From positions 9,495-73,494 of the forward strand of contig FR902155.1 of assembly GCA_000437895.1 (NCBI GenBank): a stretch of DNA of 64,000 nucleotides, written 5' to 3'. Under the pieces are notes generated by a model. The model made no database searches. It saw only the letters and a program-made list of their open reading frames with translations, and was not told the DNA's origin. Positions 48,415 to 58,437 of this stretch are shown one piece after another. The DNA comes from Clostridium sp. CAG:914 (GTDB lineage: Bacteria > Bacillota_I > Bacilli_A > RF39 > UBA660). Position 1 is the first letter of the stretch. Each line of letters opens with the position of its first letter. The position numbers and the translations under genes are program-made.

Positions 48415-49692
48415 CTATTTTTTTAAGTATTCCAATAGTTCTTCTAAATTAAATTCATATTGTTCTTGCTTTTCCATATCTTTAATCGTATATACACCCG
48501 TTTCTAATTCTCTACTACCAAGAACTATAACATATTTAATATTATTCTTATCAGCAAATTCAAAACACTTCTTAAGTTTTCTCTTAGAATATTCTACTAT
48601 AGTACTTATATTATTATTTCTAAGTATAGTAGCTAATTCTAATACTTTATAATCTTCTTCCATAGGTATAATATATACATCATATAGACTATTTTCTTCC
48701 AAATTACTTTTTAATATTGTATATATAGGTTCAAGTCCAAAAGATAACCCAATAGCCGGATACTCATTACCATCATTAATAAAATCAGTAATAATCTTAT
48801 TATATCTACCACCACCACCTAGTGAACAAGTTAATCTTTCCATCTTATCATAAAATTCAAAAACAATACCAGTATATATACTAAGACCACGAGCAAGAGT
48901 TGGCGTAAATGCAGTATTATCTGTTAACCCTAATAATATAATTTTATTATTAACATCATTAATTTCAATCAATGCTTCCCTAAATAATTCATCATCATAA
49001 TCAAGATTATTATATTCAGAAATATCCATAGAAAATAAATTCATTAATTTACTAGCCATATCATTACTTATACCAATACTTTCAAATTCTTTATATAAGT
49101 TATCCAACGACATCTTTTCTTTCTTATCAATAACACCAATAACCATATCCGTATCAATATTTATCCCTGCATATTTAATTAAACTAGTCATTAATTTCCT
49201 ATTATTCCATTTAACAATAATATCAATACCAAGACGTCTAAAAGCCTCAATAACCATAATCATTTGTTCAACTTCAATATCAGTCCCATCAATACCCACA
49301 ATATCACAATCACATTGATAAAACTCTCTACATCTTCCTAATTTAACTGGTCCATTTCTAAATACTTTACCTATTTCATATCTCCTAAGAGGCAATCTAA
49401 GCTCCTTCTGATTAGCAATAAACTTACAAAAAGGTATAGTTAAATCATATCTTAAAGCCAATTCCCTATTACCTTGATCAGTTAATTTATATATTTCTTT
49501 TAATATTTCAGCCCCATCATTATATTTATAAGCTAATAAATCATAATTATTTAATATAGAAGTATCTAATGGTAAATACCCATAATTATTAAATATATTC
49601 TTTAGTGTATCTATAATATAATTTCTAATTATTTGTTCCTTACCAAAAAAATCTTCTGTTCCCTTCAAATTGGAAGTATCAATACTCTTCAT
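48415..49692 (-). CDS. hisS: Histidine--tRNA ligase
   Basis: Class II HisRS core motifs (LRYDLTIPFCKF, RRYEIGKVFRNG, GGGRYNKI) plus a C-terminal anticodon-binding domain. The start at MKSIDTS (49692) has an AGGAGG RBS. Confidence 0.8.
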   Translation of the reverse strand: MKSIDTSNLKGTEDFFGKEQIIRNYIIDTLKNIFNNYGYLPLDTSILNNYDLLAYKYNDGAEILKEIYKLTDQGNRELALRYDLTIPFCKFIANQKELRLPLRRYEIGKVFRNGPVKLGRCREFYQCDCDIVGIDGTDIEVEQMIMVIEAFRRLGIDIIVKWNNRKLMTSLIKYAGINIDTDMVIGVIDKKEKMSLDNLYKEFESIGISNDMASKLMNLFSMDISEYNNLDYDDELFREALIEINDVNNKIILLGLTDNTAFTPTLARGLSIYTGIVFEFYDKMERLTCSLGGGGRYNKIITDFINDGNEYPAIGLSFGLEPIYTILKSNLEENSLYDVYIIPMEEDYKVLELATILRNNNISTIVEYSKRKLKKCFEFADKNNIKYVIVLGSRELETGVYTIKDMEKQEQYEFNLEELLEYLKK

Positions 49693-49768
49693 AACTTCCC
49701 TCCTCATCGATTAAATTATACTATAAAATAAATAGTTTAGCAAGATTAGAGTATCTTACCAAATATAT

Positions 49769-50755
49769 TTATTTATCACATTCTCTATTAACAATAAGCC
49801 AATATTTAGAATGATACTCATAGATCATTAAAGATAATTTTCCTACCAATTCAGTATAATCATCATTAGCACTTTTAGTAAAAATAGATATAGTATATGG
49901 ATTCTCATCAAAAACAATACCAACATCATGATAATATTTTCCCCATTTACCATATTTATGAGCAACATTTACGTCTAATTTTTTATTTATACTAGAATAA
50001 AAATTATTAGTCATCGTATCAATTAAAAATTTTCCATACTTAGTATCTTTTATCTCATATAATCTTTTTAAATATATATTCGTATTAGTAACAGTCTGAT
50101 TACCAAATTTCTCACTTGACGTTAATATATTTTTAATTCCTAAAGAATTACCATATCTAACCAAATTATCTCTACCAATATAATTATATAACATAAAATG
50201 AGCATCATTATCACTAACAGATAAAGTACAATATACCAAATCTTTTAACGTTATCTCATTATCTACCTGTTTATTACTAGAACACTTATCTCCCCTGTCA
50301 CTAATATAACTAACCTTAGTCATCAAGTTAACTTTATTATCATACAAATATAAAGCATCTAATAACTTAATCAAACTAGCTCCATAATAAGTTCTATTAT
50401 CATTATACTTAATCACATAAGAAGTATTAATATCTTCATAATATAACGCCATATCATGTTCTTTAATATATTCCTCTATCTCTTTCCTTTCATTATCCAA
50501 TTCATATAAAGGTAAACTATTCAAACAAGCACTATAATCATTATTATTTATATCACTAACTATCCTAGAATTATCTTTATAATCATATTTTATAACAAAA
50601 TCATCATTATTTTTTTTATTGACAAATTTATTATAATATTTCCCCACCTGTATTGATAATAAAAAAAGTACTATTACATATAATACCATAATTATTCTAT
50701 TACTAGTTTTTATATTCATAATTAGTACCTCCATAATTATTTTAAAACACAACAT
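49769..50755 (-). CDS. Membrane-anchored class A beta-lactamase-related serine hydrolase (SxxK, SDN motifs)
   Basis: N-terminal TM, then GASLIK (SxxK) and SVSDND (SDN). The KTG box is atypical (KYG). Confidence 0.4.
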   Translation of the reverse strand: MLCFKIIMEVLIMNIKTSNRIIMVLYVIVLFLLSIQVGKYYNKFVNKKNNDDFVIKYDYKDNSRIVSDINNNDYSACLNSLPLYELDNERKEIEEYIKEHDMALYYEDINTSYVIKYNDNRTYYGASLIKLLDALYLYDNKVNLMTKVSYISDRGDKCSSNKQVDNEITLKDLVYCTLSVSDNDAHFMLYNYIGRDNLVRYGNSLGIKNILTSSEKFGNQTVTNTNIYLKRLYEIKDTKYGKFLIDTMTNNFYSSINKKLDVNVAHKYGKWGKYYHDVGIVFDENPYTISIFTKSANDDYTELVGKLSLMIYEYHSKYWLIVNRECDK

Positions 50756-50813
50756 AAAAAAAAGTAAACTTTATTTATAACTATACATAAAATTTACTTA
50801 ATAATATGTCATA

Positions 50814-52499
50814 TTATTTAAAATATTTTTCTAACAAAGTAATTAACTTATTTCTACTAATAGGTTTTAATATATAATCATCAAAACCATATTTCTTATA
50901 ACTACCCGTATATTCCACATTATTATCTCTAGTCATCAAAATAAGTATAGAATTAAAACCACTAATTAATTTTAATTTTTTAACAGTCTCTATATAAGAC
51001 ATATAATTAAGTTCATCACTCATTAATATCAAATCATATTTCTCATTATTTCTTATCCTATTTAAACATTCTTTCCCATAACTAACAAAAGTCAAATCAA
51101 CATTATCATCATCTAGACACTTAGATATTAATTTTTGATTAGAAATATTTTCATCTACCACTAAAATACTTATTTTCTTCAAATAATTAGTATATTTTTC
51201 TAAACTATCATCTTTATCAATAACCATCTTTTGATCTAATATAATATTTATTTTATTATTCTCTAATATTATAAATCCACCCATTAAAATTATTCTATTA
51301 TATATATTCTTATATAAATCATTATTTTCTATATCTATAGCACCATTTCCTTCAATAGATATAATCAATCTACATATATCATTTTTATTTACTGAATTAA
51401 TATTTAAAATAATATTATCACTATTAACAAACAATTCTAATCCATCAATCAAACATTCCTTTAAAGTAATTGCATCCCCATACAAATTATCAGGAATATT
51501 ACTATCAATAGATAAATTCAAATTATCCCTATTATAAGATTTTACTAAAGTTTTAATCAATAATTTAACATCATACTTTTTATTATATATTTTTATCTTC
51601 GAGGCCTCTATCTCATTAATATTAAACATTTTATTACACATAGTATTTAACATAGATACTTCATTAATAATCTCACGCATACTATTATCTTTATCTATAT
51701 TTCTATCATCCAATACATCATAAGCTATTTTATTAATATTTTCAGTTGACCTCTTCACCATTTTAGACATATCAAACAAAAACATAGACTTATCATAATT
51801 AGATTTATCTAATTTATCTTTTGACTTTTTCATTTCTAATAACATTTTTACATCAGGATTTTCTATTGTAAAATACATCAAATAATTAACTAAAGTAATC
51901 GTAATAGAAATAACAATTAAATAAGGATTATATTTATATACAAAAAATAAAAATATACAAGACACCACTACAAAAAGCATAGGTATATGTCTCTTATCTA
52001 AATGTTTAATGTTTAAAAGAGGTACAATAACTGATGATAATAAATATAACAAGCAAAGAAAAGCTGTCACCCCACTTGCTGATCCACCTATAGTTAAAGC
52101 ATTATTACCATTAGAAATAATATTCACTTTCAAAATAGCCACTAATAATATTGATATACTATCTATAATAGCTAATATATAAACTATTTTTACATATATC
52201 TTTTTAAGATTTGGAAAAGTAACCAATAACATATATAAAAATAAACAAGTTGCTATTATTATTAATTGAATAAAATCTATCTTATTTAATAAAGAAATTA
52301 TTTTAATAGCAATAGGAGTTAAAGGAAACATAGCCATAATTCTCAAAACAACAACTAAAACACAATCAATAGTACTACATATTAGCATTATAGAATATAT
52401 TCTATTTTCAATTAAATTAATTCTTTTTCTTAAGAAATATGCAAAACACAATAATAAAGAAAAAAGCATTGCATAAAAAGGTAATTGTAATTCACTCAT
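50814..52499 (-). CDS. Membrane pseudo-histidine kinase fused to pseudo-receiver domain (paralog of 22585-24375, more degenerate)
   Basis: Same architecture as the first paralog, with shared segments YFTIENPDVKML, KSMFLF, CRLIISIE and KKYGF...ILKPI. Lys at the phospho-His position (MSKMVKRS), degenerate G-boxes, and Ser at the phospho-Asp position (DLILMSDEL). AAGGTGGA RBS. Confidence 0.6.
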   Translation of the reverse strand: MSELQLPFYAMLFSLLLCFAYFLRKRINLIENRIYSIMLICSTIDCVLVVVLRIMAMFPLTPIAIKIISLLNKIDFIQLIIIATCLFLYMLLVTFPNLKKIYVKIVYILAIIDSISILLVAILKVNIISNGNNALTIGGSASGVTAFLCLLYLLSSVIVPLLNIKHLDKRHIPMLFVVVSCIFLFFVYKYNPYLIVISITITLVNYLMYFTIENPDVKMLLEMKKSKDKLDKSNYDKSMFLFDMSKMVKRSTENINKIAYDVLDDRNIDKDNSMREIINEVSMLNTMCNKMFNINEIEASKIKIYNKKYDVKLLIKTLVKSYNRDNLNLSIDSNIPDNLYGDAITLKECLIDGLELFVNSDNIILNINSVNKNDICRLIISIEGNGAIDIENNDLYKNIYNRIILMGGFIILENNKINIILDQKMVIDKDDSLEKYTNYLKKISILVVDENISNQKLISKCLDDDNVDLTFVSYGKECLNRIRNNEKYDLILMSDELNYMSYIETVKKLKLISGFNSILILMTRDNNVEYTGSYKKYGFDDYILKPISRNKLITLLEKYFK

Positions 52500-52572
52500 A
52501 TCATATCCACCTTACTAATTATACAATACTTTATATAAAAGTAATACGTTTTTTTATAAAAAATAAATATTT

Positions 52573-53502
52573 TTACTTATGTAAATCATTTCTAGTTCTA
52601 ACTAGAACATAAGCATTATTAGAAGTTAATTCTACATTATCCAAACACTCAAATACTTCTTCTTCACTAACCTTAGTAGGATCTATATATTCTGCTCTAG
52701 CTTCTGTTTCAAAATTATAATTCTTTCTAACCGGATCAATTAACTTATTTACATAGTCCTCCCAATAACCAGGATAGAAATCGCTCCTTTTAGCTAAACC
52801 CTTATTACTAGCAATATATTCTAAGACTTCCCATTTAGCAGTAGCCAAACTATCTCTTATTAATTGTTTTCCTTCATTTAAATCTAAAGAACATACATCA
52901 ATAGGCTTATTTTGAATAGCATAACATACACCATCTTCTTCCATAACAGATATTGGTACTATTAAAGCATTATGGTCTAAAGCAACTCTATACATACCGT
53001 TCCATAAATCTAATATCAATAAATTAGGACTTTTATTCCAAACACCTTCAGGAAACCATAAAAGATTTTCTACTCCTAATTCAAAACCTCTCCTAATTTT
53101 ATCATATGATGCTTTACGACTATTTCTATCATCTCTATCAACCAAATAAACACCATTAGCCCATGCACTAAATCCATCAAAAGTATTAAAAAATTGTGGT
53201 AAACTTCCAAATAAAATATATGCATGATTCTTAGCCGTATACAACGAATATAACAAATCATCCTTAAAACCATGAGTTGGTGCGTATATAATTGGCCTTT
53301 TATTATATTCTATTTCTTCTATAGTTTTTGGATTTTTAATTCTTTCTGGTTCCCTTTTTATTAGCACATATTTATCTGGACCAAGCAATTTTCCAACTCT
53401 AATAACAACCGGATGAATAAATTTTCTAAATTCTATACCACCTTTTGACATAACATCATCAGAATCATTACTAAGCAAATATTCCAAACATTTATTATAC
53501 AT
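52573..53502 (-). CDS. PlsC-like acyltransferase (lysophospholipid acyltransferase family), paralog 1
   Basis: HxxxxD motif in PTHGFKDD and motif III FPEGVW. 309 aa. Confidence 0.55.
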   Translation of the reverse strand: MYNKCLEYLLSNDSDDVMSKGGIEFRKFIHPVVIRVGKLLGPDKYVLIKREPERIKNPKTIEEIEYNKRPIIYAPTHGFKDDLLYSLYTAKNHAYILFGSLPQFFNTFDGFSAWANGVYLVDRDDRNSRKASYDKIRRGFELGVENLLWFPEGVWNKSPNLLILDLWNGMYRVALDHNALIVPISVMEEDGVCYAIQNKPIDVCSLDLNEGKQLIRDSLATAKWEVLEYIASNKGLAKRSDFYPGYWEDYVNKLIDPVRKNYNFETEARAEYIDPTKVSEEEVFECLDNVELTSNNAYVLVRTRNDLHK

Positions 53503-53506
53503 ATCA

Positions 53507-54436
53507 TTAACCCTTCCTATTATTTCTAGTTCTAACTAGAACATAAGCATTATTAGAAGTTAATTTTACATTATCCAAACATCCAAACACTTCTTCTTCA
53601 CTAGTCTTAGTAGGATCTATATATTCACTATTATTTTCTATCTCATAGTCATAAAAATTTTTCACAGGTTCTATTAATTTCTTAACATAATCATCCCAAT
53701 AACCATCTTCAAAATCCTCTCTTTTAGATATACCATTGACACTAGCAATATGTTCCATAATTTCCCATTTTATTGAAGCTAAAGTATCTCCCAAAAATAT
53801 TTTAGCCTCTTTTGAATCCATATCGCATACATCTATAGGACTATCTTGAATACTATAACATATTTTATCATCAACAGTCATCGTAGCAATTGGTACCAAT
53901 AAAGCATTGTTTTCTTTGGCTGCTTTAATAATACCATTCCACAAATCTAAAACTAATAAATTAGGACTTTTATTCCAGGTTCCTTCTGGAAAATACGTAA
54001 CATTAGCTCCTAGTTTAATTACATTACTAACCTTAGGAAGTGCTGATTTTTTACTTTCCTTATCTCTTCGATTTATTATTAATACTCCATTTAACCATAA
54101 AAGTATTCCATCAAAAGAATTATAAAAATAAGGTATACTAGCATGAAGGGCATAAGCATGAGCTCGCATTGTTATTATAGAATATAAAAAATCATCTTTA
54201 AAACCATGAGTAGGAACAAATATAATAGGTCGCTTATTATATTCTTTTTCTTCCAAAGTAATTGGTTTCTTTATTCTAACTGGTTCTTTTCTTAATATTT
54301 CAAGATGATATGGACCTATTAATTTACCTGTCCCCCTAATTATAGGATTTAACATTTTTCTAAAAACAACACCACTTTTTGACATAACATTATCAGGATT
54401 ATTGCTAAGCAAATATTCCAAACATTTATTATACAT
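53507..54436 (-). CDS. PlsC-like acyltransferase, paralog 2 (tandem duplicate)
   Basis: PTHGFKDD and FPEGTW. About 55% identical to paralog 1, with identical N- and C-termini (MYNKCLEYLLSN; NAYVLVRTRN). Confidence 0.55.
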   Translation of the reverse strand: MYNKCLEYLLSNNPDNVMSKSGVVFRKMLNPIIRGTGKLIGPYHLEILRKEPVRIKKPITLEEKEYNKRPIIFVPTHGFKDDFLYSIITMRAHAYALHASIPYFYNSFDGILLWLNGVLIINRRDKESKKSALPKVSNVIKLGANVTYFPEGTWNKSPNLLVLDLWNGIIKAAKENNALLVPIATMTVDDKICYSIQDSPIDVCDMDSKEAKIFLGDTLASIKWEIMEHIASVNGISKREDFEDGYWDDYVKKLIEPVKNFYDYEIENNSEYIDPTKTSEEEVFGCLDNVKLTSNNAYVLVRTRNNRKG

Positions 54437-54498
54437 AATACTTCCTTTCGTAAAACGCCTTTATAATAACACAAAAGATAAGAAAAAACAATACTTTC

Positions 54499-55770
54499 TT
54501 ATCTCTCTACAATTCCATAAACATCATCATCAATAACCCTATCTATTTTAACAGATAATATTTCATTATTATCATAATTATCATTTAATAAAACACTAAT
54601 ATAATTTGAAGTCAAAACATAACATTCATTATCATTTCTCTTCTCAAGAACACCATCAAAAACCATACCTATATTTCTCTTATAATATTCATTTTCATAT
54701 ATATTAGATAATCTAAGTATTTGATTTACTCTTCTTTTCTTAATAACACCATCTACCTGATTAGACATAATACTTGCTCTAGTACCATCTCTTTTTGAAT
54801 ATGGAAAAGTATGTATTTTTGTAAATCTAATCTTGTCTAAAGTATCTATTGTTTCATTAAATAACTCTTCTGTTTCACCAGGAAAACCAACGATTAAATC
54901 AGTCGTTATACTTATATTAGGAATCTCTCTTCTTATATATTCTATTCTATTAATAAAATATTCTTTATCATAAAGTCTTCCCATACTCTTCAAAATACTA
55001 TTACTACCAGATTGAAGTGGTATATGTAAATGTTTAGCCATTATATTATTATTTTTTATCAAATCAATAATTCCATCAGTTATTTCATTTATTTCAATAC
55101 TTGACAATCTAATTCTATAAATATTTGGAATATTCACTAAAAACTTAAGTAATTCTTCCAAAGAATGACCATTATCAATACCATATCTACCCGTATGAAT
55201 ACCCGTTAACACTATTTCTTTATATCCATTATTTACTAAATTAGTTACTTCATCAATAACCGTATTTAACTCCTTACTTCTTATTCCACCTCTAGCATAT
55301 GGAATAGCACAATAAGCACAAAATGCATTACAACCATCTTGAATTTTTACAAAAGCCCTTGTATGTATATTAAATTTATCTATATACATATTCTCAAAAT
55401 TAGTCTTAGAAATATCCTCTACCTTAACTATTTTTTCTTTATTTTTTAGGTATTCTTCTATCAAAGATACAATATCACTTTTATATTTATTTCCTATAAC
55501 TATATCAGCATCTATTTTATCAGGATTTAATTGTGAATAACATCCCATTACTACCAATATAGCATTTTGATGTTTTTTTCTTGTTCTAGTAATTAATTGC
55601 CTATCCTTTTTATCCGCTTCATTAGTTACTGAACATGTATTAATAATATATATATCTGCCTCTTCCTTAAAATCTACTATAGAATAGTTTTTATTTTTAA
55701 GTAAATTAATTATATATTCTGATTCATATAAATTAACTTTACAACCAAAAGTATGAACTGCTACTTTCAT
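54499..55770 (-). CDS. mtaB: tRNA methylthiotransferase, MtaB/YqeV-like (radical SAM MTTase)
   Basis: N-terminal MTTase domain (MKVAVHTFGCKVNLYESE), a radical SAM CAYCAIP motif, about 423 aa with no long TRAM domain. Confidence 0.6.
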   Translation of the reverse strand: MKVAVHTFGCKVNLYESEYIINLLKNKNYSIVDFKEEADIYIINTCSVTNEADKKDRQLITRTRKKHQNAILVVMGCYSQLNPDKIDADIVIGNKYKSDIVSLIEEYLKNKEKIVKVEDISKTNFENMYIDKFNIHTRAFVKIQDGCNAFCAYCAIPYARGGIRSKELNTVIDEVTNLVNNGYKEIVLTGIHTGRYGIDNGHSLEELLKFLVNIPNIYRIRLSSIEINEITDGIIDLIKNNNIMAKHLHIPLQSGSNSILKSMGRLYDKEYFINRIEYIRREIPNISITTDLIVGFPGETEELFNETIDTLDKIRFTKIHTFPYSKRDGTRASIMSNQVDGVIKKRRVNQILRLSNIYENEYYKRNIGMVFDGVLEKRNDNECYVLTSNYISVLLNDNYDNNEILSVKIDRVIDDDVYGIVER

Positions 55771-55777
55771 AATACCC

Positions 55778-57046
55778 CTAATCTATAACCTCATATACTA
55801 TTCTTGGATTATATACTTTATTTGGGCCTATCTTAAAAATAGTATTATCTATATGATTAATTTCTTTATTAGAGTGTACCTGCATAAGTATATCTCCTTT
55901 TTCAATATAATCATTTAAATCTTTCTTTAAAACTATTCCAGCACTATAATCAATAGTGTCATCTTTATTTTTTCTACCTGAACCAAGTGACATTGACAAT
56001 AAACCAATCTTATATGCATCTATACTATTTAAATATCCAGACATATTTGCTTTTATATTATATACATATCTAGAATGTGGTAACTTAGTAATATCACCAT
56101 TCTGATATTTAATTAATTCTAAAAATTTCTTATAAGCAAGACCATTAGTAAGATTAGATAAAACCTTTTCTTTAGCTTCATCATAAGTTATATTAAGACC
56201 TAAACTAACCATATATGAAGACAATATAATACACAAATCTCTCAATGAACCCTGTTTATTGTCTTTTAACACCTCAATACATTCTTCAATTTCAAGAGCA
56301 TTACCTATATTAGTTCCCAAAGGTTTATCCATATTAGTTAAAATACATATAACAGTCATTCCAAATTTCTTACCCAAATCAATCATTATTCTAGATAATT
56401 TTCTAGCACTTTGTAAATCTTTTACCAAAGCCCCAGAACCAACTTTAACATCTAATACTAGTTTTTTAGCACCAAGTGCAATTTTCTTACTCATAATAGA
56501 AGAAGCAATTAAGGGAAGAGATTCTACCGTAGCAGTCACATCTCTCAATGCATATATCTTCTTATCGGCTACAGCAATATCTTCAGTTTGACTAGTTATA
56601 GCAACACCAATATCATTAACTTCTTTTAAAAAGTCTTGAATAGATAAATCTACTTTAAAACCTGGAATTGATTCTAATTTATCAATTGTTCCACCAGTAT
56701 ATCCCAAAGCTCTACCACTCATTTTAGCCACTTTAACGCCACAAGAAGCCACTATAGGAGCAATTATCAACGTTGTTTTATCCCCTACACCTCCTGTTGA
56801 ATGTTTATCTACTAAGGCACTTCCTAAACTAGATAAATCTAGTGTTTTACCACTTTCAATCATATACTTAGTCAAATAAGTAATTTCTTCATCACTCATA
56901 CCATTTAAAACAATAGCCATAAGAAGCGCACTAACTTGATAATCTTTAACTTCACCTTCTAAAAATCCATTTATAACATACTTTATTTCTTCTTCACTTA
57001 ATTCTATCTTTCTTCTTTTCTTATCAATAATATCTACTATATTCAT
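55778..57046 (-). CDS. pdp: Pyrimidine-nucleoside (thymidine) phosphorylase
   Basis: KHSTGGVGDKTTL and TGGTIDKLESIPG motifs in a 422-aa product. Confidence 0.9.
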   Translation of the reverse strand: MNIVDIIDKKRRKIELSEEEIKYVINGFLEGEVKDYQVSALLMAIVLNGMSDEEITYLTKYMIESGKTLDLSSLGSALVDKHSTGGVGDKTTLIIAPIVASCGVKVAKMSGRALGYTGGTIDKLESIPGFKVDLSIQDFLKEVNDIGVAITSQTEDIAVADKKIYALRDVTATVESLPLIASSIMSKKIALGAKKLVLDVKVGSGALVKDLQSARKLSRIMIDLGKKFGMTVICILTNMDKPLGTNIGNALEIEECIEVLKDNKQGSLRDLCIILSSYMVSLGLNITYDEAKEKVLSNLTNGLAYKKFLELIKYQNGDITKLPHSRYVYNIKANMSGYLNSIDAYKIGLLSMSLGSGRKNKDDTIDYSAGIVLKKDLNDYIEKGDILMQVHSNKEINHIDNTIFKIGPNKVYNPRIVYEVID

Positions 57047-57054
57047 ATTAACCT

Positions 57055-57603
57055 CTATTCCTTATAATTTGATGTATATAAATCTTTTTCCTCATCATTT
57101 TCTTCTAATAATTCAATTTTAGGTAAATCATCCTTACTAGATAAATTAAAATAATCTAAAAATTCATCAGTCGTTTTATATAAAATAGGTCTACCCGGTA
57201 AATCGCTCCGACCACACTCCTTAACAAGCCCCTTTGCTAATAATCTTCTCAATACATAAATAGAATCTACACCACGATATTCATCAATTTGCATTCTTGT
57301 TATAGGCTCATTATAAGCAATTATAGCTAATGTCTCAAGAGCTTGAGGTGATAAAACATTATTCTTAGGACTTTCTAACAATTTCTGAAAATATTCTTTA
57401 TGTTCCTCTTTAGTAGTCAATTTAATTGAATTACCTAAAAAATTAATTCTAAGTCCTCTATCTTCTTTTATATATTCTTCCTTCAAAGATAATACCAAAT
57501 CCTTTGCATTATCTAAAGAAATATTTAATATTTCTGATACTTGTTCTAAAGTAATACCCAAATCTCCCTCTACATACAAAAGGCCTTCCAATACTCCTTT
57601 CAT
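57055..57603 (-). CDS. scpB: Segregation and condensation protein B
   Basis: ScpB winged-helix repeats (LEGLLYVEGDLGITLEQ; AIIAYNEPITRMQIDEYRG) in a 182-aa product. Confidence 0.85.
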   Translation of the reverse strand: MKGVLEGLLYVEGDLGITLEQVSEILNISLDNAKDLVLSLKEEYIKEDRGLRINFLGNSIKLTTKEEHKEYFQKLLESPKNNVLSPQALETLAIIAYNEPITRMQIDEYRGVDSIYVLRRLLAKGLVKECGRSDLPGRPILYKTTDEFLDYFNLSSKDDLPKIELLEENDEEKDLYTSNYKE

Positions 57604-58325
57604 TATACCACTTCCTCTATTAATATGTCATCAAAATTACGCTCTTGTCTAATTATTATTTCCTTATCCTTAGTCATCTCTAAAACAGATAAAAACGTTA
57701 CAATAAGATAAGGACGATTATATTCATTAAATAATTCTTGAAACTTAACTTTATGTTTCTGATGTAATATACTTCTAATATTCTGCTTTCTTTCTTTAAC
57801 ACTATATTCTTTATCTACAATCTTTGTATTAATAGGTTTATCTTGTTCTTTTCTTTTTAGAAAATTAAGAAAAGCACCCGTTAAATCATCTACTGTATAA
57901 CCTTCATTATTTAAAACAGGTCCCGTTATATAATTAGATATCTTCTCAGGCCCTTTAATATATATATCTTTTCTCTTACTTTCTAATATTTTAAAAACTT
58001 CTGTTATTTCCTTATACTTTTTATATTCAATTAATTTATTTATTAAAGCTTCTCTAGATACTTCTTCCTCTTCTAAATCATTATCCTCTTTTTCTTGTTT
58101 AGGCAATAATGACTTTGATTTTATTTCCATTAATTCTGAAGCCATTACTAAATATGAAGAAGCCACATTAATATTTAATTCTTCCATCTTATTTATATAA
58201 TCTAAATATTGATTAGTTATCTCATTAATAGATATATCTTGAATATCAATATTTGCTTCCTTTATAAGATGTAATAATAAGTCCAAAGGCCCTTCAAATT
58301 CATTTATTTTAATACTATAATCCAT
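57603..58325 (-). CDS. scpA: Segregation and condensation protein A
   Basis: FEGPLDLLLHLIKE N-terminus and ScpA kleisin architecture. The start at MDYSIKI (58325) has an AGGAG RBS. Overlaps scpB by 1 nt. Confidence 0.85.
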   Translation of the reverse strand: MDYSIKINEFEGPLDLLLHLIKEANIDIQDISINEITNQYLDYINKMEELNINVASSYLVMASELMEIKSKSLLPKQEKEDNDLEEEEVSREALINKLIEYKKYKEITEVFKILESKRKDIYIKGPEKISNYITGPVLNNEGYTVDDLTGAFLNFLKRKEQDKPINTKIVDKEYSVKERKQNIRSILHQKHKVKFQELFNEYNRPYLIVTFLSVLEMTKDKEIIIRQERNFDDILIEEVV

Positions 58326-58437
58326 ATATATACTCCTAGATAAATTATAACAAAAAATTAACAATTGAGCAATAAAATAATTATTATCATTAATATATTT
58401 AATCATTAAAAATTAGTGAAAAACACTATTTCTTATC

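Noticed and set aside
52590-52640. Palindrome-like GTTCTAACTAGAAC at the 3' ends of both acyltransferase genes, considered as a terminator or operator
   Set aside because: The symmetry is explained by the codons for VLVRTR. The stem would have a 2-nt loop and no U-tract.
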